From positions 1,240,001 to 1,304,000 of the forward strand of contig OZ251224.1 in assembly GCA_965240325.2 (NCBI GenBank): a DNA stretch of 64,000 bases, read 5' to 3'. Shown piece after piece: positions 1-10,394 of the stretch. The notes beneath the pieces are model-generated. The model saw nothing but the letters and a program-made list of their open reading frames with translations, searched no databases and had not been told where the DNA came from. Made by a program: the position numbers and the translations under genes. Numbering within the stretch: the stretch's first letter is position 1; every line of letters begins with the position of its first letter. The DNA is from Rebecca billardiae RCC1528 (Eukaryota; Protista; Haptophyta).

Positions 1-1130
1 CTGTCGCCAATCTCGCGGCTGATGTCCAGCGCCTGCTCAAGGTGCTCGATGGCAAGCTGATACTGCCCGAGGTCGCTGTGCGCCATGCCCAGGTTGCCCA
101 GGCCGATGCCCTCGCCCTGCCTGTCGCCAATCTCGCGGCTGATGGCCAGCGCCTGCTCGAGGTGCTCGATGGCAAGCTGATACTGCCCGTGGAGGCTGTG
201 CGTGGCGCCCAGGTTGCCCAGGGCGATGCCCTCTCCCTGCATGTCGCCGATCTCGCGGCTGATGGCCAGCCCCTGCTCGTAGTGCTCGATGGCAAGCTGA
301 TACTGCCCGAGATCGCTGTGCGCGTTGCCCAGGTTGCCCAGGTGGCTGCCCTCGCCCCGCCTGTCACCGATCTCGCGGCTGATGGCCAGCGCCTGCTCGG
401 AGTGCTCGATGGCACGCTCATACTGCCCGAGGCTGTAATACGCACCGCCCAGGTTGCCCAGGTCGCTGCCCTCGCCCTGCCTGTCGCCGATCTCGCGGCT
501 GATGGCCAGCGCCTGCTCGTAGTGCTCGATCGCAAGCTGATACTGCCCGAGGTCGCTGTGCGAGTTGCCCAGGTTGCCCAGGTGGCTGCCCTCGCCCGGC
601 CTGTCGCCGATCTCGCGGCTGATGGCCAGCGCCTGCTCGAGGTGCTCGATGGCGCGCTGATACTGCTCGAGGTCGCGGTGCGCGATGCCCAGGTTGCCCA
701 GGTGCCTGCCCTCGCCCCGCCTGTCGCCGATCTCGCGGCTGATGGCCAGCGCCTGCGTGAGGTGCTCGATGGCGCGCTCATACTGCCCGAGGTCGTTGTG
801 CGCCATGCCCAGCTTGCCCAAGTGGTTGCCCTCGCCCCGTCTGTCGCCGATCTCGCGGCTGATGGCCAGCGCCTGCGTGAGGTGCTCGATGGCGCGCTCA
901 TACTGCCCGAGATTGATGTACGCGATGCCCAGGCTGCCCAGGTGCCTGCCCTCGCCCCGCCTGTCGCCGATCTCGCGGCTGATGGCCAGCGCCTGCGTGA
1001 GGTGCTCGATGGCGCGCTGATACTGCCCGAGGTTGCCGAACGCGACGCCCAGGTTGCCCAGGTTGTTGCCCTCGCCCCGCCTGTCGCCAATCTCGCGGCT
1101 GGTGGCCAGCGCCTGCTCCAGGGCCTCCAT
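1..1130. repeat. Tandem 120-bp coding repeat (~9 units)
   Basis: ctgtcgcc(a/g)atctcgcggctgatggccagc recurs at 1, 121, 361, 481, 601, 721, 841, 961 and 1081, with a variant at 241. Confidence 0.95.
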
Positions 1131-1262
1131 CCGCGTCGTCTTTCTGATGAGGTTTCGACGCGTGGAACCGCCTTGGCGGCGGAGGAGGCCAGGGTCCAGA
1201 CGCCACTGGGCGACTGGTGCGTTGCGGGCGTCAATCTCGCCTGCCTGGAGAGCGCTGTACAT
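1..1262 (-). CDS. TPR-repeat protein (TTC28/LGN-like 40-aa TPRs), runs off the left edge
   Basis: The minus-strand frame is open from ATG 1262 (alternative ATG 1130) to the window edge. It reads MEALEQALATSREIGDRRGEGNNLGNLGVAFGNLGQYQRAIEHLTQALAISREIGDR..., repeated in 120-bp units. The listed + ORF 42..1289 is its antisense shadow. Confidence 0.85.
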   Translation of the reverse strand, partial: MYSALQAGEIDARNAPVAQWRLDPGLLRRQGGSTRRNLIRKTTRMEALEQALATSREIGDRRGEGNNLGNLGVAFGNLGQYQRAIEHLTQALAISREIGDRRGEGRHLGSLGIAYINLGQYERAIEHLTQALAISREIGDRRGEGNHLGKLGMAHNDLGQYERAIEHLTQALAISREIGDRRGEGRHLGNLGIAHRDLEQYQRAIEHLEQALAISREIGDRPGEGSHLGNLGNSHSDLGQYQLAIEHYEQALAISREIGDRQGEGSDLGNLGGAYYSLGQYERAIEHSEQALAISREIGDRRGEGSHLGNLGNAHSDLGQYQLAIEHYEQGLAISREIGDMQGEGIALGNLGATHSLHGQYQLAIEHLEQALAISREIGDRQGEGIGLGNLGMAHSDLGQYQLAIEHLEQALDISREIGD

Positions 1263-2134
1263 GTGCGTCTCTTATTCTTAGTAAACTAGAGAGTGAGTTG
1301 CAGCCGCCGGAGGCCGCTCGAGCAAGGGTAGTAAGGGTGAGCAACTCCGCTGGCGACAGCCGCGGAGGTCGGCAGCCCTCTGTTTGAGACCCCTTCAGGG
1401 AAATCGGCCTTGGCCCGGATGAAAGCTGCACTGGTGGCCCGGATGCCATCCGGGCCAAGCGCGGCTTGGCCCGGATGGCGAGATACATACGGGATGCCGC
1501 TCAGATCATATGCCGTGCGCGCGTGCGCGCGGCCTCGCGCCCGCGCACGGCCGGGCACGGGCGCGGCGGGCCGGCGTTAGCGGTCGCGCACCGGCGCTTG
1601 GGTGCGTGTTACCCGTCCCCGCCCTCGGAGCGTGCCCGCACGCCCTCCTCCGCCGCCGCGCAGCGCGCTTGTGCCTGCGGCCTCGCAGCCCGCGTGGGCG
1701 CGCCGAAAGCACGGGCGCGCACCGAGCCGCTTGTGGCGCATCAGGCCCGGCGCGTGGGCGCATGGCATGGGCATTGGTGAGCATACGCCTTCGGGCTTTC
1801 GCGATGCCGGCTGTGCTGAGCCTCCCGACCACGAGCAGCGCGCGTGGCGCAGCAGAGGCCAGGCAGCGGCTGGGCTGACCGCTCGGGCGCTCGGCGCCGC
1901 CAAGCGACACATCCGCGGTCAGGACGAGGCGGCACGCGGCGTATGTGCCAGCTGTAGACTGCAAACCGTGCGTCAATCAGCGTGCCACCACGGAACGCCC
2001 CGCAATCGACCGCTAGGACGCTCGGCGAGCACGTTAGGGGACAAGCCCTTGGTACAGTACTGCGCGGAATGTGTCAGCGCCGCCATCGTGCGAGCCACTG
2101 GGCGCGAACGCGTGTGCGCGGCTGCGCGCTCGCC

Positions 2135-4553
2135 ATGTACGAGACCGTCGAGTCGGCGACGAATGCCGAGGCCGCCGCGCAGTGCTTCGAGCGCGGTGCG
2201 TCCGCTCGCGCGGCGCACGCAGCGGCATTGCCCGCATCGCGCCGTGCGCCCGTCTCTGACGCACCGTCGGCCCGTTCCGCGCGCCGTGTGCTGTCGGCCG
2301 AGCGCGCGCAGCCATGCAGAGCGCGGACGCAGGCGACATGCACAAGGCGGTCCGCCTGCTCGAGCGAGCGATGCGCTTGCAGCCGGGGAGTGAGAAGTAT
2401 ACTCGCGAGCACGCGCTGATGCGTCGCCAGCTCGAGGCCGTGCTGCGTGAGCAGAGCGACTACCGCGAGCACGAGGGCGCGTCGGCATCCGGCGGCAAGC
2501 GCGAGCCCGGCGGCGCCCACGAGTCGGCGAGCTCGTCCAGGGGCGGCGAGCGCGCCGAGAGCGAGAACGTGGACACGGACGACTCGAGCGCGGCGGGCGC
2601 GCGGTCCTGGGAGGCGCGGTGGCTCGCGCTCAAGGACAAGCTCAGCGGGCTGAGGCGCGGCCTCTCGCGCTCCGCGTCGCGCGTGGGCAGCGCGGCGCTG
2701 GCCGTGCTGCCGCGCGACGAGCAGCAGGCCGATCGGCTGGCGTACCTGTTCTTCTACTGGCGAGGGCGGCTGCGTGTGCCCCTCATCCTCACCGCGATCT
2801 TCTTCGTCCTCCGGCTGTGCGTGCAGTACCCGTGGTCCTTCTTCTTCCTCGTGTGCGCGGCCGCGGTGCCGCTCGGCGCGATGATTGCCCGCGGCCTCGA
2901 GCTCTCGTGGCGGGTGACCGGCGCGGCGCTGGGCGCGCACGTGCTCTTCGTGTGGAGCTGCCCGTACGCCTCGGCGTACCTGTACGGCGCGCTGCTCTGG
3001 CTCGCCCTCGCCCTGCTCTTCCGCGGCCTCGCGCTGATTGCGACCGCGGTGCTGCTGCTGCTCTGGTTCCTGCCGTGGACGATGATGCGGCTGTTCGGGC
3101 TGGCGCTGCTGCTGCTCTTCGGGTACGCGATGCCCATCCCCACGGTCGCGCTCACCGTCAGCGGCGTGATGCTGCGGTACGTGCCGTGGACCTTCTTCTA
3201 CCTGCTCGCCGTCCCCCTGAGCGGCTTCTTCACGTACCACTCGCGCCGGCTGTCGGTGCCGATCGGGCTGGGCCACCTGGCGGTGTGGTTCCTGCCGAGG
3301 GTGGTGGGCGGCCTCGTGCTGCTCGCGGGGGCGGTGCTGCTGTGGCGCTCGCGCCGGCTCCTGCTGCAGCTTCTGCAGGGCACATTCGAGTTCTTCTTCG
3401 GCCAGGGCCCGCCGCAGACGAACACGCCGCGCCCGTCGGATGCGGCGGCTGCGGGTGCGCGCCCGCTGGCCGCACCGGCGCCCTTGGCCGCTGAGCGCGC
3501 GCTCTGAGCGCACCTCGCGCCGCCCTATGACCCCCCCGCCTCCACCCCCGCCCCACGCGCCGCACGCCGCGCCCTCGCGCGCAGTGCGCCACGTGATGTC
3601 CGCGAGCACGCACTACGAGGTGCTGGCGGTGAGCTCCTCGCCCAGCCTCTCCGAGATCCGCTCCTCGTACAAGCGGATGGCCCTCTACCTGCACCCGGAC
3701 AAGAACAGCGGTGGGCGCGCGCAGCGGCGCGCCGAGCGGGGCGCGGGGCGGCGGCGGGGCGCGGGGCGGGGTTGGCCGCGGGCTGCCCTGTTGACCGCCC
3801 GCGCGACCCACCCGGTTGTGCCCGAGCTGCGAGCGCGCGCGCGCCGCGCCTGGCCGCCCACCCGTGACCCGTACGCGCCCCGCCGCCGTGGCGCGTGGTC
3901 GGCTGATGCAGATCCGAATGCCCCGGCCGCGTTCAAGCGGCTCACTGACGCGAACGAGTGCATCAGCAACCCGCGCGCTCGCGCTGCGTACGACCTGTCG
4001 CTCATCCAAGGCTTCGAGCCTTCGGACGACGTGCGCGCCCGCCCGGTCGGCGCACGCCCGGTGCCAGGCTATCCCTGCGCGCCGCACGCCCAAGCTTGCG
4101 CTCACTCGACACCGCGCGCTCCTCCGCTCCACCCACCCTTCCCGTGTGTGCGGTGCGGTGGTGTGCTGCGCGCGCCGCGCCGCGCAGGAGAGCGAGGGCG
4201 AGGAGCAGCCGCCGCCGCCGCGGCATCGGGGACAGGGCGGGAATCAGCGCGGCGGCGCGCGACACCATCGAGCGCCGCACTCGGACTCGTGGTCCTCGGA
4301 CTCGCCGGGTGGCGGCAGGGGCAGGGGTGGCGCCGGCCGCCACCACGACAGCGCGAGCACGAACCCGAACCGGCCGCGCGGGCCAGGCGCCAACGGGCCG
4401 GCCACGCCAGGCTCGCCGTCGCACGGGCCGACTGCTGGCGGCGCCGCAGCGGGCTCCTCGCCGCCAGGCGGCGGCGGCGGCGGCCGAGGCGGTGGCGCAC
4501 CGCACCGCAACCATAAGAAGCGACGGCCCAGAGGCGGGGGCAATCAGTGGTGA
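2135..4553 (+). CDS. Multi-pass membrane DnaJ-domain protein, 5 exons
   Basis: GT-AG introns at about 2196-2311, 3455-3584, 3711-3911 and 4031-4187 join in frame. The product is MYETVESATNAEAAAQCFERAMQSADAGDMHKAVRLLERA (DNAJB12/14-like N-terminal helix), a hydrophobic TM block, a J domain (HYEVLAV...IRSSYKRMALYLHPDKNSDPNAPAAFKRLTDANECISNPRARAAYD) and a Gly/Arg-rich tail. Confidence 0.8.
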
Positions 4554-5293
4554 TGGCCTGATGATGACGACGATGTGTGTCGTGCATCATCATCATCCGA
4601 GCTCTCGTCAACGCGAGCATCACCAGCGGTGCGCTGATGAGCGCACGAACGCTCTGACGACGACGAATATCAGCGACGAAATCGGAAAATTGAGCTAGTA
4701 ACGTTATAGTACTACGGTAACGGTAAGGCGGCGTACTTGGTAGTAGGATACGGCTTATGGCTCGTAGGCCACTCTAACAGACTAAGTCTAACTCTATTAA
4801 GCAGCCATATCGTAACGCGCAGCCTACTAACTACGGCGGTCAATCATCGTCAGACAGAACGGACTACGTATAAATCAATTCCGTAAGTGACAATTCTGCT
4901 GTAAGTAATCGAATCGAACTCATCATCGTCTACTAGTCGTCACATATTATTTCCGAGACTGCTGCTGAGCGATGTGCAGCCTATACGCCCGTAGCCTACT
5001 TAGCTAAGACTGCTATATTGAATATACGGTCCATTGGTCGTCATAGCAGCGCGATTACTGCTGGCGACCTTCATGTGGCTTATGTCTGCGCTGCGCGCGG
5101 CTCGCATGCGGGCCTGCTGCGCCGGCAGTCTGGCTATGCCCTCAGCGCAACCGAAGGGTTTCCGCACTCCGGATTTGATGCATGATCAGGCCATCCACCG
5201 CCAGCGGCGCCGGCGAGTGGGCGGCGAGCGCGGTAAATGGCTCACAATAGTTACTCAATGCGTGTCGACAGGCCGCCGGCGTCGCTGCCACCG

Positions 5294-6538
5294 TCAGCCG
5301 GCCGGCTCACCCGCCTCGAACAGTGAGACGAGCTGCTCGTACTTCTTGACCAGGAGATGTAGGCCGAAGTGCAGGTTGCTGGAGGCTGTGCGCACGTCCT
5401 CGGTCACCTCGAGCGTTCCAGCTGCCGTGCGCACGTGCACGGCCTCGATACGCTCGCCAATCACGCGCGAGAGCTCACCTTGCAGCCGCTCCTGCTCGCG
5501 GAACATGAGCTCCTCCGAGCAGTCATCGTCGGAATCGTGGCCGGCACTGTGGCCGTCGAGGCTGCCCGGCAAGCCACATCCCGCGTCCTGGAAACGCGTG
5601 AGCTGCGGCCGCGGGGAGCCGCCGGCCATGTGCTCGGCCACGTCACCGCCAGTGCTGCCAGCGTGCTGCGTTGCGTGGATGCCCACTCCGTGGACGCTGT
5701 GCGACACCCAGCAGCTGTGCTGCTGCTCATAGTGATAGGGCGGCGGTGGCACCGTCGCCGCTGCGTAGATGTTGTTGCTGTACTGCAGAGACGGCAACGG
5801 CTGCTGCTGCGGCTGCTGCAGCTGCTGCGGCGACGGCAGCAGCTGCTGCTGAGGAGTAGTGCACGCCCAGGACGGGTACGCTGCACCATCACGCGTCGGT
5901 GCGTACTGTGGCAGGCCGTAGGGCTGCGGATGCGGCTGTGGTTGCGTGCCCGTCTCCACCGGGGCGGCAGTGGCCGCTCCGCAGCAGTATGCGTGCTCAG
6001 ACCACCGCGGCTCAGGATGCGCATGCGTCCACGTCGAAGCGGCCGCGCACCCGCGTTTGTCGGTAAAGTCGTAGCAGCAGGCGGGGCCGACAGGAAGTGG
6101 GCCAACGTCAACGTGGGTCGAATTGGCCGCGGCGGCGAAATCGGAGGAGGTGTGCGTGGGGGCGGCCGCGGCAAGGAGCGTCTTGTTCCCCGTGAGGTGG
6201 AGAGTGCAGTTCTGCAGATGGCTTTTCACGTGGGTCCGCGTCAAGCCTGGCTCGCGCATCCGCGCGAGGATCTGCGCCGGCTTGGCAGTCCCATAGCCGC
6301 CAAGAGCGTTCACGGCCGCCTCAAACTTGGCGTGGAGCTCATGCGTCCACTTGATTCTCGGCGGTTTCGTGCCTGTCGGCGCTTCCGTCGCCCGCTTGGC
6401 CATCCGCCTGGCAGGGGCACCGTCGGCCCGATCGAGGTCTGGAGGGGGTCGGAGGCGAGGGGCCGTCGTGGAGGTCGTGTCACAATCAGCAATTCCGGCA
6501 GGAGGTTCCGGGATCCCCTGCCAGGGATCCCATGCCAT
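5294..6538 (-). CDS. GARP/SHAQKYF-class Myb-like transcription factor
   Basis: Contains KPPRIKWTHELHAKFEAAVNALGG...AKPAQILARMREPGLTRTHVKSHLQ followed by a Gln/Pro-rich region. The start is uncertain: the ORF extends to 6883 and ATG 6538 was chosen. Confidence 0.75.
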   Translation of the reverse strand: MAWDPWQGIPEPPAGIADCDTTSTTAPRLRPPPDLDRADGAPARRMAKRATEAPTGTKPPRIKWTHELHAKFEAAVNALGGYGTAKPAQILARMREPGLTRTHVKSHLQNCTLHLTGNKTLLAAAAPTHTSSDFAAAANSTHVDVGPLPVGPACCYDFTDKRGCAAASTWTHAHPEPRWSEHAYCCGAATAAPVETGTQPQPHPQPYGLPQYAPTRDGAAYPSWACTTPQQQLLPSPQQLQQPQQQPLPSLQYSNNIYAAATVPPPPYHYEQQHSCWVSHSVHGVGIHATQHAGSTGGDVAEHMAGGSPRPQLTRFQDAGCGLPGSLDGHSAGHDSDDDCSEELMFREQERLQGELSRVIGERIEAVHVRTAAGTLEVTEDVRTASSNLHFGLHLLVKKYEQLVSLFEAGEPAG

Positions 6539-6906
6539 GATGCGCACCCGCTTCATGATCACGATCCCAAGGAACATCAGTAGAGTTTTGACGCGGCACA
6601 CGACTGCAAGGGCATTTAGAATCAAGCCTCTGAGAATTGTCCTGAAGCAAGGATTGACGGCACAAATCGTTGATTCTTCACTTTCGCTTGAGTGCGATAT
6701 GATTCTCACCCTGAGCCCATTATTACAACATTTCGTATCACATAATAGTAGTATTGTTACGTTGAGTACCTGAAAACGACTGGTCGTCGCACGCGATGAT
6801 TCCTCGCGATAATTCGCGAACATACATACGGCGGTTGACCCTGGATCGAATATGCGAATGCGATCCACGTATAAACTTTTCACCGGCAGAATTCTACTTC
6901 GTACTC

Positions 6907-6975
6907 ATTCTATGATTTAACGACACAGGTAGGACGACGCGGCTCTCCTGATTCGTCGGCGGCAGTGCCCGATCG
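6907..6975 (+). repeat. ~70-bp dispersed repeat, copy 1 (others at ~7781-7848 and 13502-13570)
   Basis: attctatgatttaacgacacaggtaggacgacgcggctctcctgattcgtcggcggcagtg closely matches 13502-13570. A gapped, diverged copy starts at 7781. Confidence 0.75.
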
Positions 6976-8544
6976 TCGACACGAAGTCGGCGTTGGTGGC
7001 AGAGCATAGCCTGCACCGCGATCGTAAAGCTTGAGCGCGGCTTGAGCTGCTGAAGCGCGATCCACCTGCGCTGCGCGGCTCGCATGGACCTGCTGTGCCC
7101 CGAGCAAGGGCGAAAGTGCAGGTCCGGATGTCAGCTGGCAGTCTCAGCCGCGGGTAGCAGCTGGTCGTACCTGCCCCGTGCTCCCCGGGCGGTCGCGTAC
7201 GCGCTTGCTGCTCGAGCCAGCTGGCTGGCTGGCGGCGGCTGGCGCTGCGGCGTCGTCCAGGGTGCGCTTTGCCCGCTGCGGCGACGCCTCCTCGTCGTCC
7301 AAGTCATCGCCCGGGGGCGAGTCTCGGTCATCGTGGAGGGGGGCAGCAGGGGCTGGCGTGGGCGGTGCAGCGGTCGGCGCCAGGCGCGCCGCCTTGCGCG
7401 CCTGGCGTTCCTTGACGGCGCGGCTCGCCGAGGAGCGACGGCTCGATGGAGAACGAATCCGTCGGCCCTCGGCGTCGCGCCGTTGCCCGCGCTTTCCACG
7501 CCTCATCCATAAGTTGATTGTGGAATATTGCGGCGGCAGTACCCCCATATTTTCTGAATTTGGACGAGAGGGTCCTAGGACGATCGCATCCCTCATGCAA
7601 GGCGAAACTTTAACTACAGATGCATGATGCGTGCACAACCTCGCGGTGACGCTCGCGGCCCCCGCTGGCGAGGCGTGATCGCCAACGCCGCCAACCGATG
7701 ATAGCAACGACGTGAACGTCGGGGACGGCGCGAGCGCCCCTGCCGCCTGCGGCGGCGTGATGATGTTCGCGGGCGGACCAATTCTATATGATTTAAAGAC
7801 ACACTACACAGGCACGAGGGCGCAGCTCTCCTGTAATTCACGTCGGTCGTGGTACTGGTCGAAGCTTGCAGCAGTGGCAGTGGACCATCAATTATCATCA
7901 GACTGTCAAGAGGCGCTTACGTTCATACGTTGCTAAGTATTCCCCGTTCCCGCCCAACCATGCCAACCTCGGCACGTCCTGAGCTCTTTGGCTGGCAGCA
8001 GTCGCGTGCATCATCCAGCATATTCAAATCCCGCTTTCGGTCTGAGTGCGAGTGCGGCGTGCGCGCATCATCAGTGATGTCTCTCCGGCCGGGCCCGGGT
8101 CCAGCCTCCAGGCCACGCCGATCGATCTTGATCTTCGGCCTGCCGCCGCTCCGCAGCTGGACAAGCGGACGATGGCACGTCTTGACCGTCTGTTTCGGAC
8201 TTCGGACGGGTCTTCCGTCAGCTCGTCGTGCAGGACTGTGCCTGTCTAATACCACGACACACTTATTATTTTATTATATTATAAACTTTGATCCTCCCGG
8301 GGCACTTGTATCACGGATAGTCGCGCGGTGCTGCTGCATGGTCCGAATTACTGTATAGTACAGACTCACACGTCGGTTATAAAGCTACGATCGCGGGCAA
8401 TAAGCTGCTGAACCGTCGCGGGCGGGCGGCGCCTGCGGCGCCGCGGCACGCGCGCCCGCGGACCGCCGCACCGTTGGTACTAAGCTGCAGTACTTAGCAA
8501 TTGATCCGCCCAGCATTTCGCCAATACTGGCAATATAGGCAATA

Positions 8545-8727
8545 CCAGGGGCGTTCCCCGCACTGGTCATACGCCAAATCGAACCGCGTTCCTATTGAAA
8601 TTGGCTTCCTCTATTTCAAGCGGGTACATTTGATTACGGCCCGCGCCAGTCCGGTAGCAATGCCCCCCCCCAGGGGGGGGGGCATTGCTTTCGGGAGCGT
8701 GTGGCAGGATCCCGGGAACGCCCTTGG
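8545..8727. mobile_element. Putative MITE with 14-bp imperfect TIRs and an internal GC hairpin
   Basis: ccaggggcgttccc (8545-8558) and gggaacgcccttgg (8714-8727) are inverted at 13/14. Internal hairpin gcaatg-C-run-a-G-run-cattgc at ~8657-8688. No TSD seen. Confidence 0.4.
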
Positions 8728-8910
8728 GGCGCAGCACTGATGTCCGACTGATCATGATCCGCGGCATTGCCGCAATGCTGCCCAGCCACAGCAGCGCACT
8801 GTGACTGTAACAACGCCGCAGCCCGTGTCAGACAACATGGTCTGCGCCGCGGACAGGTTAAGGACAGCGTTAAGGTACTGATGTCTGATGGAAATCCGCC
8901 GCTCTACTAA

Positions 8911-9108
<198 letters not shown>

Positions 9109-9400
9109 TAACGACGTGGTATGCACTGACGGGCAAGCGTCCCGGAGAGTAAGCACTGTCACTGAGCTGTAGCAGCAGTAGCAGCAGATATATATATATA
9201 TATAGTCTTAATTGTGCTGCGCACTTTATATTTATTTCATAATTACTTGATGGGCTACTTGGCTACGGACGCCCGGTCTCGTCAGGATCCGTCAGGGATC
9301 TGGGAGGCTACACAGTACACTGGCAGCATACAGTGCAGTCCAGTCGGAGCGCGGCAGTCCCGCTACCTGTCCGTACCAGTTTGAGTTAGCTCACCGTGCC

Positions 9401-9401
<1 letters not shown>

Positions 9402-9451
<50 letters not shown>
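9402..9451. repeat. (CA)n microsatellite
   Basis: Seen directly. Confidence 0.98.
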
Positions 9452-9453
<2 letters not shown>

Positions 9454-9559
9454 CATATTGTATGCATGACGATGATAATGCCTGATGGCCCTCTGACAGA
9501 CTGGCTCTGAGTCCTCTTCGGACAAGTCACGTCGTCCGTGCAGCCCGTGGGTTTTACTG

Positions 9560-10312
9560 TCACGCCTGCTGATCAGACAGACGGCGCTTCTTCTCCTTCT
9601 TCTCCTTCTTCTCCGTTTTTTCAGTCTTCTCCGTCTTCCCCTCCTTCTTCTCCTTCTTCTTCTTCTTCCTCGCCGCTTGACCGTCGTCCTTGCCGCCACC
9701 AGCCACACCTCCGTCGTGTGCGTCAGCAACGGCTGCGTTGGCAGGGAGTCCGCTGCGGGGATCTGTTGGCTGCGGCGGCGTGGTTTCGTGCACAATCGCG
9801 GCGGCGGCCTGTGGCTGGGATTGTTCGTCCTGCGATGAGCGCCTCTTCCGCTTCTTGTGCTTCGCGGCTGCTCCACGCTCACTCGCCTCCGACAGGGGGC
9901 AGCCCAGAGGGCGGAAGCGCACTCGCAGGCCATCCCGAAGCGCGACGGTTGGCTGTTCCGTGGGCGCGGCTGTGCCCGTACGGTTCTCGCGCTCCATGCG
10001 AAGGCTATCGTCGCTTCGGCAGACGACCATGTGGCGCGTGAAGGGGCTGGCGAGGCTGTACTGGCGCCGCCCGCTGTACGCATCTGCAGAGCCTTGGGCG
10101 CCGCCAGCGCCGCGCGAGGGCACGAGGCACCGCGCCGCGCACTCCGCCTGCTCCCAGTCGAGCCAATCGAAGTGCCCCGCGCTGCTGTGCATCTTCAGGG
10201 TGCCGCCTTTTCGGCTCACTCGAGCGCCGTCGAGAGCGCGCACATCCACGCTGGAAGGCACCCGGATGAGCCAGAGCTCGGCCGAGCCGCCCAAGCGGTC
10301 GACGATCGACAT
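9560..10312 (-). CDS. RNA polymerase I subunit RPA34/PAF49-like protein
   Basis: N-terminus MSIVDRLGGSAELWLIRVPSSVD carries the ELWLIxxP motif typical of RPA34.5/CD3EAP. The C-terminus is Lys/Glu-rich (KKKKKEKKEGKTEK...). Confidence 0.6.
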   Translation of the reverse strand: MSIVDRLGGSAELWLIRVPSSVDVRALDGARVSRKGGTLKMHSSAGHFDWLDWEQAECAARCLVPSRGAGGAQGSADAYSGRRQYSLASPFTRHMVVCRSDDSLRMERENRTGTAAPTEQPTVALRDGLRVRFRPLGCPLSEASERGAAAKHKKRKRRSSQDEQSQPQAAAAIVHETTPPQPTDPRSGLPANAAVADAHDGGVAGGGKDDGQAARKKKKKEKKEGKTEKTEKTEKKEKKEKKRRLSDQQA

Positions 10313-10394
10313 GCTGCTCGCTGACGCGTGGTTTGCGTCCGGCCGCTGGCGCCCTTTCCGGCTCCGGATTCCGGGCTTGTGGGCTCGGAGTGCG

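Noticed and set aside
1-1130. Repeat array as CRISPR
   Set aside because: The units are contiguous 120-bp coding repeats without unique spacers, there are no cas genes, and the context is eukaryotic.
42-1289. 415-aa + strand repeat ORF
   Set aside because: Antisense shadow of the minus-strand TPR gene.
1411-1478. tggcccggatg x3 with an inverted copy
   Set aside because: Too short to assign a function or element type.
7144-8358. Short ORFs in 7.1-8.4 kb as genes
   Set aside because: Low complexity with no recognisable domain; not supportable from sequence alone.
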